Positions 10,610 through 19,356 of a DNA stretch of 52,058 bases are shown piece after piece. How positions within the stretch are numbered: position 1 is the first letter of the stretch; each line of letters opens with the position of its first letter. The position numbers and the translations under genes are program-made. Under the pieces are notes generated by a model. It worked only from the letters and a program-made list of their open reading frames with translations. It did no database searches and was not told the DNA's origin. Location of the stretch: sequence record SRR20825010_3505. One strand, 5' to 3'.

Positions 10610-10964
10610 GAGGTTTCCAAGCATGAAGTTTCGGCGCGTTGTGACGTTGCGATAGTGTGAAGTGCGACGGCGGGCTTGGAAACCGGGTTGGCCAGCGATA
10701 GAATTCCAAGGCGTGAACGAGTCCGCCTCCACGGGCGGTCATCACGGAGCCGTGATGCCGACCATGACAGCAATCGTGCCGCGAAGTTCGCTTCGTATCG
10801 CGAATTCCGCATCGTGCCACGGAAGCCAGAGCAAGATTCCTGAGCAGTATCTTTGACCCGAACCAGGGTGAAAGAGCTCGGAAGAGCAGAGAGCCTTGAA
10901 CACGGGACGTTCAAGGACACGGAACCAGTGTCACGAATTTAGCGAGCCATCCTGCGAGACTCTC

Positions 10965-11486
10965 ATGAAATGCCAGTACTGCGATAAACCGGCGACTTTC
11001 CACATCACCGAATTGACCGAACCCGATGGGCCGCAAGTGTTGCACTTGTGCGAGCAGCATGCTCGTAACGTGCTGCAAAAGGGCGAGCCAACTCCGGTTT
11101 CCAGCGTCGCCGGTGCGTTGGCCAAGCAACTGCAATTGGGCCAAACCAAGGAAGAATTGCGGAAGCTGGACCAAAAAGAATGCCCCGTCTGCGGGATCAC
11201 TTTCTTTGAATTTCGCAATTCGGGACGGTTGGGTTGCCCCCTGGACTACGACCACTTCGAAGCGGATCTCAAACCGTTGTTGATCAACATTCACGACTCA
11301 TTGGAACACACCGGAAAGCGGCCCACCCGAGCGGCCGCAACCGCGGATTCTCAGGCGGATCTGATCCGTTTGCGAAAAGAAATGGAAGCCGCGGTGGAAC
11401 GAGAAGAATACGAACGAGCGTCCGAATTGCGAGATCAGATCAACGCGATCCAAGGCGAGCCAAAACGTCGAGGAAACGCGATATGA
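10965..11486 (+). CDS. mcsA: McsA-like protein (Zn-binding CxxC motifs plus UVR domain), activator of protein arginine kinase
   Basis: CQYC, LCEQH, CPVCG, GRLGCPLDY, HTGKRP and a UVR motif (AVEREEYERASELRDQI); directly upstream of mcsB. Confidence 0.9.
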   Translation: MKCQYCDKPATFHITELTEPDGPQVLHLCEQHARNVLQKGEPTPVSSVAGALAKQLQLGQTKEELRKLDQKECPVCGITFFEFRNSGRLGCPLDYDHFEADLKPLLINIHDSLEHTGKRPTRAAATADSQADLIRLRKEMEAAVEREEYERASELRDQINAIQGEPKRRGNAI

Positions 11487-12574
11487 AAGAAGCCACCGAC
11501 TTGTCGGTGTTGGTCAAAAACAGCGGTGAATGGTTGCGTGGCACGGGCCCGGAATCCGATATCGTGATCAGCAGCCGCATTCGTTTGGCCCGCAATTTGG
11601 CGGGATTCCCCTTCATCCGAAAATGCAGCCCCGAGGATCGTGAAAAGATCGAACGTCAGGTTCGTTCGCGGCTGGAAAATTTGCCCGATTGGGACGAAAT
11701 TCCCTACGTCGACATCGCGACGTTGAGCGAAGTGGATCGCCAATTCTTGGTCGAACGCCAGCTCATTAGTCGAGAAATCGCGGACTCCGAAGGCAGCCGC
11801 GCCGTGGCGATCGATCCCAGCGAGCAATACTCGGTGATGATCAACGAAGAGGACCACTTGCGCATTCAGGTGATGCACAGCGGACTGGATCTGGTCAGTG
11901 CGTGGGAACAAATCGACCGAATCGACGATGCGATCGAAGGTGAGGTGCTGTACGCATTTCACAACAAATTCGGCTACCTGACGGCTTGTCCGACCAACGT
12001 CGGCACTGGGCTGCGTGTCAGCGTGATGCTGCATTTGCCCGGTTTAGTGATCACCCAGCAAATCGAAAAAGTGTTCCGCAGCATGCAGCGGATCAACGTG
12101 ACCGTCCGTGGTTTGTACGGCGAAGGTTCGCAGTACACGGGCGATTTCTATCAGGTCAGCAACCAGGTAACGCTCGGGCACACCGAGAAAGAATTACTGG
12201 AAATGGTCGGCCAAGAGGTCGTGCCACGGATCATCGATTACGAACGCAAGGCTCGCGAATTTTTAATTGACAAAGGCCAGCAGGATCTGCATGACGATGT
12301 CAGCCGAGCGCTCGGAATTCTCAGCACCGCCCGAAAGATCAGCAGCGAAGAGACGATGCATTACTTGTCCAAGGTTCGCATGGGCGTGAACCTGGGGCTG
12401 ATCGACGACGTGCAATTGGCAACGATCAATAAATTGTTCATCCACACTCAGCCGGCTCACTTGCAAAAGTTGCATGGCCGAGTGTTGACGACCAGCGATC
12501 GGAACGTCCAGCGAGCCAGCTACTTGCAACGTCATTTGTGTGGGCCAGCCGATCGCGCCGACGAACTGAACTGA
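11483..12574 (+). CDS. mcsB: Protein arginine kinase
   Basis: ISSRIRLARN, NEEDHLRIQ, GYLTACPTNVGTG, VRGLYGEGS, YQVSNQ; ATG 11483 overlaps the mcsA stop (ATGA). Confidence 0.93.
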   Translation: MKEATDLSVLVKNSGEWLRGTGPESDIVISSRIRLARNLAGFPFIRKCSPEDREKIERQVRSRLENLPDWDEIPYVDIATLSEVDRQFLVERQLISREIADSEGSRAVAIDPSEQYSVMINEEDHLRIQVMHSGLDLVSAWEQIDRIDDAIEGEVLYAFHNKFGYLTACPTNVGTGLRVSVMLHLPGLVITQQIEKVFRSMQRINVTVRGLYGEGSQYTGDFYQVSNQVTLGHTEKELLEMVGQEVVPRIIDYERKAREFLIDKGQQDLHDDVSRALGILSTARKISSEETMHYLSKVRMGVNLGLIDDVQLATINKLFIHTQPAHLQKLHGRVLTTSDRNVQRASYLQRHLCGPADRADELN

Positions 12575-12627
12575 CTTTCTCGACGATGCGTCTGACTGAA
12601 TGGATGTATCAAACGCCGACCCAATGA

Positions 12628-15600
12628 GTGGACAAGTTGCAACGGGAAATCATCGTCAAAGGCGCTCGCGAACACAATTTGCGCGACGTCGATTTGACGC
12701 TCACGCGAGGGGAGCTGATTTGTTTCTCGGGTGTATCGGGAAGTGGCAAGAGTTCGCTCGCGTTTGACACGCTGTACGCCGAGGGGCAACGTCGATATGT
12801 CGAAAGCCTGAGCAATTCGGCTCGGCAATTCATGGGGCAAATGCCCAAACCCGATGTCGATCTGGTGACCGGGCTGAGCCCGTCGATCTCAATCAGCCAA
12901 AAGTCGACCGGCAACAATCCTCGCAGTACCGTCGGCACGATCACGGAGATCTACGACTTCTTGCGAGTCCTGTACGCTCGTGTTGGCACGGGACACTGTC
13001 CGGCATGTGACGTCGAAATTGCGGCTCAAACGACGGATGTCATCGTGAACCGTCTGTTGGAATTGGCATCCGATGGTTGGCAAGACGAGCAATCGTCCAA
13101 AGATTCCGATACCGAAGCCGCGATCGAAGACGGCACCTTGTGGGTGATGGCTCCGCTGGTTCGCGGCCAAAAAGGTGAATTCCGTGATTTGTTTGAGGAC
13201 CTTCGCAAACAAGGTTTCAACCGCGCCCGAGTTGATGGGGAAACATTCCGGCTGAGCGACCCTCCTCCGCTGGATCGAACTCGCCGTCACGATGTGGAAG
13301 TCGTGATCGATCGAATCGTCGCGGACCAAATTGAACGACCGCGATTGATCGAGGCGGTTGAGTTGGCACTGAAGTTGGGCGAGTCGTCCTTGATTGCTTC
13401 GGTGGGGCCGCCCAACGGAGAGGATGTGCCTCCGGTTCGCCATGATCAGCTGTTCTCATCGAAGTATTCGTGCGGTAATTGTGGGCGAAGCTTCCGACCA
13501 CCAACTCCCCAGTTGTTCAGCTTCAACAGCCCACAGGGGATGTGTGCTTCGTGCGACGGGATCGGCCGTCTGTACACGTTTGTGCCCGAGTTATTGATCC
13601 CGGATGAGTCGCTGTCGATTCGCAAAGGTGCGATCGCGTTGCTCGGCAAATGGGGAGACCTGGGACGCTATCGGCGTCACATTTATCGCGGTGTCGCTGA
13701 CGCGATGGACGCGGAGTTGGAACTCGAACCCGGCACGATGCTGGAAACCCGCTGGGACAAATTGCCTGAGATCGCTCGTCACATTTGGTTGTGGGGTGCC
13801 GATGATTCGATGCAGTTCACTTGGCGAGGCGGACGCAAAGCGAAGAAGTACGTCGGCAACTTTGAGGGTTTCATTCCCGAGTTGCTCGATCGCTATCGAA
13901 CCAGTCGCAACAAGATGCAGTTGCGTCAGTTCGAAAAGTACATGAACACGATGGATTGCCCGGATTGTCATGGAAAACGACTGAACGATCAGGCCTGCGC
14001 GGTTCGTATCTCGACGGGCTCGAAAGACTTTGCCGAATCGAAAAGCAAATCGCTGCCAGAATTGTGCGAGCTCTCCATTGATTCTTTGATGGAGTTCTTC
14101 GGCGACATTCCGCTTTCAAAAACCGACACACAAATTGCCGGTGAGGCTCTCAAAGAAATTCGCGGGCGAATTGGGTTCCTACTCGGTGTGGGTTTGGAAT
14201 ACTTGACGCTCGGCCGAACTGCTCCAACCTTGTCTGGCGGTGAATCCCAACGGATTCGACTGGCCGGTCAAATCGGATCGGGTTTGTCGGGGGTGCTCTA
14301 TATCTTGGACGAGCCTTCGATCGGTTTGCACCCGCGTGACAACGATCGTTTGATCACGACGTTGACCCGTTTGCGAGATGCGGGCAACACCTTGATTGTG
14401 GTTGAGCACGATGAAGACACGATGCGTGCGGCGGACACGATCGTGGACTTTGGTCCGGGGCCTGGCGTCAAAGGCGGTCACATTGTGGCGGCTGGATCGA
14501 TCGTTGATCTGCATCGATCCAAGGAAAGCGTTACGGGAGCGTTCCTGTCGGGGGCTCGTGCAATCACGCCGAGTGAAAAGCTACGTCCGGTCGACCCCAA
14601 GAAGCAACTCACCATTCGTGGGGCGCGGTTTCATAACTTGAAGGACATCGATGTCTCCATTCCGCTGGGCGTGGTGACTTGCGTGACCGGGGTTTCCGGC
14701 AGCGGCAAAAGTTCATTGATTGGAGGGATTGTTGAACCCGCTCTTCGCAATGCGCTCAACGGGGCCGAAGCGGAAGTCGGCGATCATGATTCCATCGAGG
14801 GGCTGGATCATCTCGACAAAACGATCGCGATCGATCAGTCGCCGATTGGCCGTACGCCTCGCAGCAATCCTGCGACCTATGTGAAGGTGTTCGACGAGGT
14901 TCGCAACCTGTTTGCGAAGTTACCCGAAGCAAAGGCTCGTGGTTACTCGGTTGGTCGATTCAGTTTTAACGTTGACGGCGGGCGATGCGCCGCTTGCGAT
15001 GGAAACGGTGCGACCAAGTTGGAGATGGACTTCCTGGCCGATATTTGGGTGACTTGCCCGGTCTGTCAAGGCCAACGTTACAACCGCGAAACGTTGTCGG
15101 TCCAGTTCAAAGGCAAGTCGATCGCCGATGTTCTCAACATGGATATCTCGGAGGCTTTGGATCTGTTCCAAAACATTCCGAAGATCGCTGAAAAGTTGCA
15201 GACGTTGGTCGATGTGGGGCTGGAGTATTTGAAGCTCGGCCAGCCATCGCCGACCCTGTCCGGTGGTGAAGCTCAACGCATCAAACTTTCGCGAGAATTG
15301 AGCCGACGCGATACCGGAAGCACACTGTACGTGCTGGATGAGCCAACGACCGGTTTGCACTTTGCCGACATTGATTTGTTGCTGGGTGTGATCAACCGTT
15401 TGGCCGATCGTGGCAATACCATTGTGATTGTCGAGCACAATCTTGACGTGATCAAAACCGCGGATTGGGTAATCGACATCGGAATCGAGGGCGGTGCCGG
15501 TGGCGGTCGAGTGGTCGGCGAGGGGCGTCCCGCTGAGGTCGCGAAAGTTGACGACAGCTACACCGGTGCTGCACTTGCCGAAGTGCTCGGTATCAAACGA

Positions 15601-18600
15601 CGCCAGGCCAAGAAGCGTGCCCAAGCGATCCGCGACATTGTGGCTCCTCCGGCTAAGTCACGGACGCACGTCGTGGTCGAAGGTGCTTGCGAACACAACT
15701 TGAAGTCGGTTGATTTGGAAATCCCTCGCGATGCCATGACTGTGTTCTGTGGTCCCAGCGGTAGCGGCAAGAGTTCGCTGGCGATGGACACGATTTACGC
15801 CGAAGGTCAGCGGCGTTATGTCGAGTCGTTGTCCAGTTACGCGAGACAATTCATCGGCCAGGTTCAAAAGCCCAAAGCGGAACGCATCGAAGGCCTGTCT
15901 CCCGCGGTGGCGCTGGAGCAAAAGAACCTCGGTCATTCGCCTCGTAGTACCGTCGGAACGGTCACGGAGGTTTACGACTACTTGCGGATTTTGTACAGCA
16001 AACTCGGCACGATGCACTGCCCCGATTGTGCGGTGCCGGTGGGAACGCAAACGCCCGATCAAATCATCGACAAGGTGATGGGGTTGCCAAAGGGCACGCG
16101 AGCTTTGTTGCTGGCGCCGATCGAGGTTCAATCCGGCGAAGCATCGCTTGCAACGTGGCAAAGCTATCGTGCGATGGGCTATTCCCGCGTTCGTATCGAT
16201 GGTGAAACAGTGGAACTGGACGATGCGAAAGCTCTCGATCCTCGACGGGTTCACTTGGTGCAAATTGTCGTCGACCGAATCAAGATCGCTCCGGAGGAAC
16301 AGTCCCGGATCAGTGATAGCGTCGAGCAAGCGTTGTCGTTGGGTGTCGGCGTGTTGGATGTGGCGATCGCAGATTCGGACCAACCCGAACGGGATTGGCA
16401 TGTGCTTCGACACAGTCAGCATTTGGTTTGTGAGTCCTGTGGTCGTTCGTTCTCGCAATTGACCCCGCACCACTTTTCGTTCAACTCTGGCATTGGTTGG
16501 TGTCCCGGTTGCGAAGGATTGGGGACGCAGACGGGCACGAATCCGGCTGCCTTGATGGGAACGCCTCAGACAACGTTGGCAGACGGTGCCGCATTGCTGT
16601 GGCCGTCGGTCGATCACGCGGTCAGTCGGTGGATGTTGCGGGCGCTCTCTCGCACCACGGGTATCCCGATCCATCAACCAATTGATCGGCTGACGGTGTC
16701 ACAGCGTCGTCTTTTGTTCCACGGTTTGGGGCCGCGTTGGGTCGAAGTTCGGCAAGGCGACACGACCGATGAAAAATCATCTTCTGAAAATGAACACGCC
16801 GAAGAGGTACGCGATCACTTTGGTGAAGGCAACGTGCTGTTTCGGTTCCAGTTCAAAGGGTTCTACCCCGCATTGGAGGAAGCGTCTCGTTTGACGCCGG
16901 GATTGCGAATGCGATTGGAAGCGTTCGTGGCCGAAATTGATTGCTCGGTTTGTGACGGTTCGCGTTTGCGAGATGACTCAGCGGCCGTTCGTTTTCGAGA
17001 TTTGACGATTGGCGACTTGGTGCACATGCCACTGGATCGATTGTCCGAAGAAGTCGATTCTTGGGATCTGGATCGTCGCGAATTGAAGATCGCAGGTGAG
17101 CTCATTCGTGAAGTCCAATCACGTGTTCGATTCTTGCGAGACGTGGGGCTGGACTATCTGACCTTGCATCGCGGTGCACCAACCTTGTCGGGCGGTGAAG
17201 CTCAGCGAATTCGTTTGGCATCGCAACTCGGCAGTGGATTATGCGGCGTGTTGTATGTGCTGGATGAACCGACGATTGGATTGCACCCGCGAGACAACCG
17301 ACGTTTGCTCGCGGCGCTGCACCGACTGCGAGATCAAGGCAACACGTTGTTGGTGGTGGAGCACGATCACGATGTGATTTCGGGGAGCGATTATCTGTGT
17401 GACTTTGGGCCTCGAGCCGGTCGCCACGGTGGTCGCGTCGTCGCACAGGGCAAACCCGACGCGGTGGAACCAGCCGACCAATCTGTCACGGCGCCTTATC
17501 TGTTGGGCGAAAAACAGATTGAGTTGCCCGCGGTTCGCCGTCCGGTGCTCTCTGAATCGGGCAAGCCGATGGTGGAGTTTTTGTCTGTCAAAGGTGCTCG
17601 TGAGAACAATCTTCAAGACGTGGACGTTGACATTCCGTTGGGCGTTTTGACTGCGATCACGGGCCCCAGCGGCAGCGGCAAAAGCTCGTTGATCAACGAC
17701 ATCGTCTACCCGGTTTTGGCCAGGCGTCTGCACCGGGCCAAGGTGAAACCCGGTCAGCACGATGCGATCGATGGTCTGCGGTACGTCAACAAAGTCATTC
17801 AGGTCGATCAATCACCGCTGGGGAATTCACCCAGCAGCAACCCGGCGACTTATACCGGCGTGTTTGATTTGATTCGTGGGCTCTTTGCGGAACTGCCAGC
17901 CGCGCGTGAACGTCGATTCACGCCGCGAACGTTTAGTTTCAATGTGTCTGGTGGTCGTTGTGAATCGTGTGAAGGCAGCGGACAACGCAAAATCGAGATG
18001 CACTTCTTGCCAGATGTTTGGGTGCCTTGCGACGATTGTGGTGCACGACGCTACAACGAGGATGTGCTGGAAGTCAAACTGCATGGCCAATCGATTGCGG
18101 ATGTGTTGGAGATGCCATGCGGCGAAGCGGTCGAGTTGTTTGCATCGCATCCACGCATCGCTCGCGTCATTCAAACGCTTTGTGATGTTGGATTGGATTA
18201 CGTCACGCTCGGTCAATCGGCTCCGACTCTTTCTGGTGGAGAAGCCCAGCGGGTGAAGTTGGCGGCCGAGTTGGCTCGTCCAGCAACCGGGCACACGATT
18301 TACTTGTTGGACGAGCCGACAACTGGTTTGCATTTCGGTGACATCGAAAAGTTGTTGGTTGTGATGCAGCGTTTGGTCGAGCTCGGAAATTCCGTGATCG
18401 TGATTGAGCACAACTTGGACGTCATCAAGTGCTGCGATTGGTTGGTTGACATTGGGCCTGGTGCCGGAGTCCATGGTGGGCAGGTCGTCTTTGCCGGAAC
18501 CCCAGAAGGTTTGGCTGCGAAGGCGGACCCGGTCAATCGCGAAAGCGACGAATGGGTATCCGCGACCGCGCCGTTCTTGGCGGATGCACTGGCGGGAACG

Positions 18601-19263
18601 CGAACGGCTCAGCCGCGTGAGGTGCTAGATTGGCAACCCGCAGTGAACGGCCGAGTGTTGGAGTCCAATTCTGCTGCAGCGACAATGAACGAGATCGCAA
18701 GGGAACCCAGAGCCGTTCTTCGTGTGGATTCGCCCGAGCCAATTTCGTTGCTGGCAGACGATGCGGAGGTCGAAACCGAAAGCGATTCGGCAAACGCCTT
18801 GCTGCAACCTTGGCGAGCCTTGGGACGTCGGTGGCACACGTTGCCGAAAGGTTTTCCCGAGAACGCACCGCCTCAATGGCCGCTCGAGCTGGTCGAGGGT
18901 TTGCTCGATATGTTGTCAAACGTCGCCGGCGAGGGTGCGGTCGAGTACCCTGCCCCGGACCGCGTGTCGGTTCGGCTAGAATCGGGCGAAGAGGACGTTC
19001 CGTTGCCTCACTGGGCGGAAGTCGAAACCAAGGTGAGCAATTGTGTCCGGCTGAAATTGAGCGGGCCGCAATCCGCGATCGATTTGGAGCAATTGTTGGC
19101 TTTGGATGTGCTTCAATCTCGCTCCGACACCGGCACGTTGGACCTCAGCGATGCTGAACGCGTGACGCTGACATTTCATTTGACTGACGTGGATCATGCA
19201 CGCAGTCGAAAGCTGAAGACGTTCTTGAAAACGCACTTGGATCGGACGCGGTCCTCGACCTGA
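12628..19263 (+). CDS. uvrA: Excinuclease ABC subunit A, internally duplicated (two UvrA modules) with C-terminal extension
   Basis: Four Walker A motifs (GVSGSGKSS x2, GPSGSGKSS x2), four LSGGE and LDEP motifs, two YAEGQRRYVESLS starts, zinc fingers. Confidence 0.95.
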   Translation: MDKLQREIIVKGAREHNLRDVDLTLTRGELICFSGVSGSGKSSLAFDTLYAEGQRRYVESLSNSARQFMGQMPKPDVDLVTGLSPSISISQKSTGNNPRSTVGTITEIYDFLRVLYARVGTGHCPACDVEIAAQTTDVIVNRLLELASDGWQDEQSSKDSDTEAAIEDGTLWVMAPLVRGQKGEFRDLFEDLRKQGFNRARVDGETFRLSDPPPLDRTRRHDVEVVIDRIVADQIERPRLIEAVELALKLGESSLIASVGPPNGEDVPPVRHDQLFSSKYSCGNCGRSFRPPTPQLFSFNSPQGMCASCDGIGRLYTFVPELLIPDESLSIRKGAIALLGKWGDLGRYRRHIYRGVADAMDAELELEPGTMLETRWDKLPEIARHIWLWGADDSMQFTWRGGRKAKKYVGNFEGFIPELLDRYRTSRNKMQLRQFEKYMNTMDCPDCHGKRLNDQACAVRISTGSKDFAESKSKSLPELCELSIDSLMEFFGDIPLSKTDTQIAGEALKEIRGRIGFLLGVGLEYLTLGRTAPTLSGGESQRIRLAGQIGSGLSGVLYILDEPSIGLHPRDNDRLITTLTRLRDAGNTLIVVEHDEDTMRAADTIVDFGPGPGVKGGHIVAAGSIVDLHRSKESVTGAFLSGARAITPSEKLRPVDPKKQLTIRGARFHNLKDIDVSIPLGVVTCVTGVSGSGKSSLIGGIVEPALRNALNGAEAEVGDHDSIEGLDHLDKTIAIDQSPIGRTPRSNPATYVKVFDEVRNLFAKLPEAKARGYSVGRFSFNVDGGRCAACDGNGATKLEMDFLADIWVTCPVCQGQRYNRETLSVQFKGKSIADVLNMDISEALDLFQNIPKIAEKLQTLVDVGLEYLKLGQPSPTLSGGEAQRIKLSRELSRRDTGSTLYVLDEPTTGLHFADIDLLLGVINRLADRGNTIVIVEHNLDVIKTADWVIDIGIEGGAGGGRVVGEGRPAEVAKVDDSYTGAALAEVLGIKRRQAKKRAQAIRDIVAPPAKSRTHVVVEGACEHNLKSVDLEIPRDAMTVFCGPSGSGKSSLAMDTIYAEGQRRYVESLSSYARQFIGQVQKPKAERIEGLSPAVALEQKNLGHSPRSTVGTVTEVYDYLRILYSKLGTMHCPDCAVPVGTQTPDQIIDKVMGLPKGTRALLLAPIEVQSGEASLATWQSYRAMGYSRVRIDGETVELDDAKALDPRRVHLVQIVVDRIKIAPEEQSRISDSVEQALSLGVGVLDVAIADSDQPERDWHVLRHSQHLVCESCGRSFSQLTPHHFSFNSGIGWCPGCEGLGTQTGTNPAALMGTPQTTLADGAALLWPSVDHAVSRWMLRALSRTTGIPIHQPIDRLTVSQRRLLFHGLGPRWVEVRQGDTTDEKSSSENEHAEEVRDHFGEGNVLFRFQFKGFYPALEEASRLTPGLRMRLEAFVAEIDCSVCDGSRLRDDSAAVRFRDLTIGDLVHMPLDRLSEEVDSWDLDRRELKIAGELIREVQSRVRFLRDVGLDYLTLHRGAPTLSGGEAQRIRLASQLGSGLCGVLYVLDEPTIGLHPRDNRRLLAALHRLRDQGNTLLVVEHDHDVISGSDYLCDFGPRAGRHGGRVVAQGKPDAVEPADQSVTAPYLLGEKQIELPAVRRPVLSESGKPMVEFLSVKGARENNLQDVDVDIPLGVLTAITGPSGSGKSSLINDIVYPVLARRLHRAKVKPGQHDAIDGLRYVNKVIQVDQSPLGNSPSSNPATYTGVFDLIRGLFAELPAARERRFTPRTFSFNVSGGRCESCEGSGQRKIEMHFLPDVWVPCDDCGARRYNEDVLEVKLHGQSIADVLEMPCGEAVELFASHPRIARVIQTLCDVGLDYVTLGQSAPTLSGGEAQRVKLAAELARPATGHTIYLLDEPTTGLHFGDIEKLLVVMQRLVELGNSVIVIEHNLDVIKCCDWLVDIGPGAGVHGGQVVFAGTPEGLAAKADPVNRESDEWVSATAPFLADALAGTRTAQPREVLDWQPAVNGRVLESNSAAATMNEIAREPRAVLRVDSPEPISLLADDAEVETESDSANALLQPWRALGRRWHTLPKGFPENAPPQWPLELVEGLLDMLSNVAGEGAVEYPAPDRVSVRLESGEEDVPLPHWAEVETKVSNCVRLKLSGPQSAIDLEQLLALDVLQSRSDTGTLDLSDAERVTLTFHLTDVDHARSRKLKTFLKTHLDRTRSST

Positions 19264-19356
19264 CGTGTTGACGAGGCGACAGGTTTGAGCGACAAACCCG
19301 AGTCACGCACTTCTGAAACCCCCATCTTTCCACCTCGAATCGGTTCGTTCTTGCTC

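Noticed and set aside
10610-10964. trp attenuator or leader peptide upstream of trpE
   Set aside because: No short Trp-rich leader ORF or terminator/antiterminator pair could be identified.
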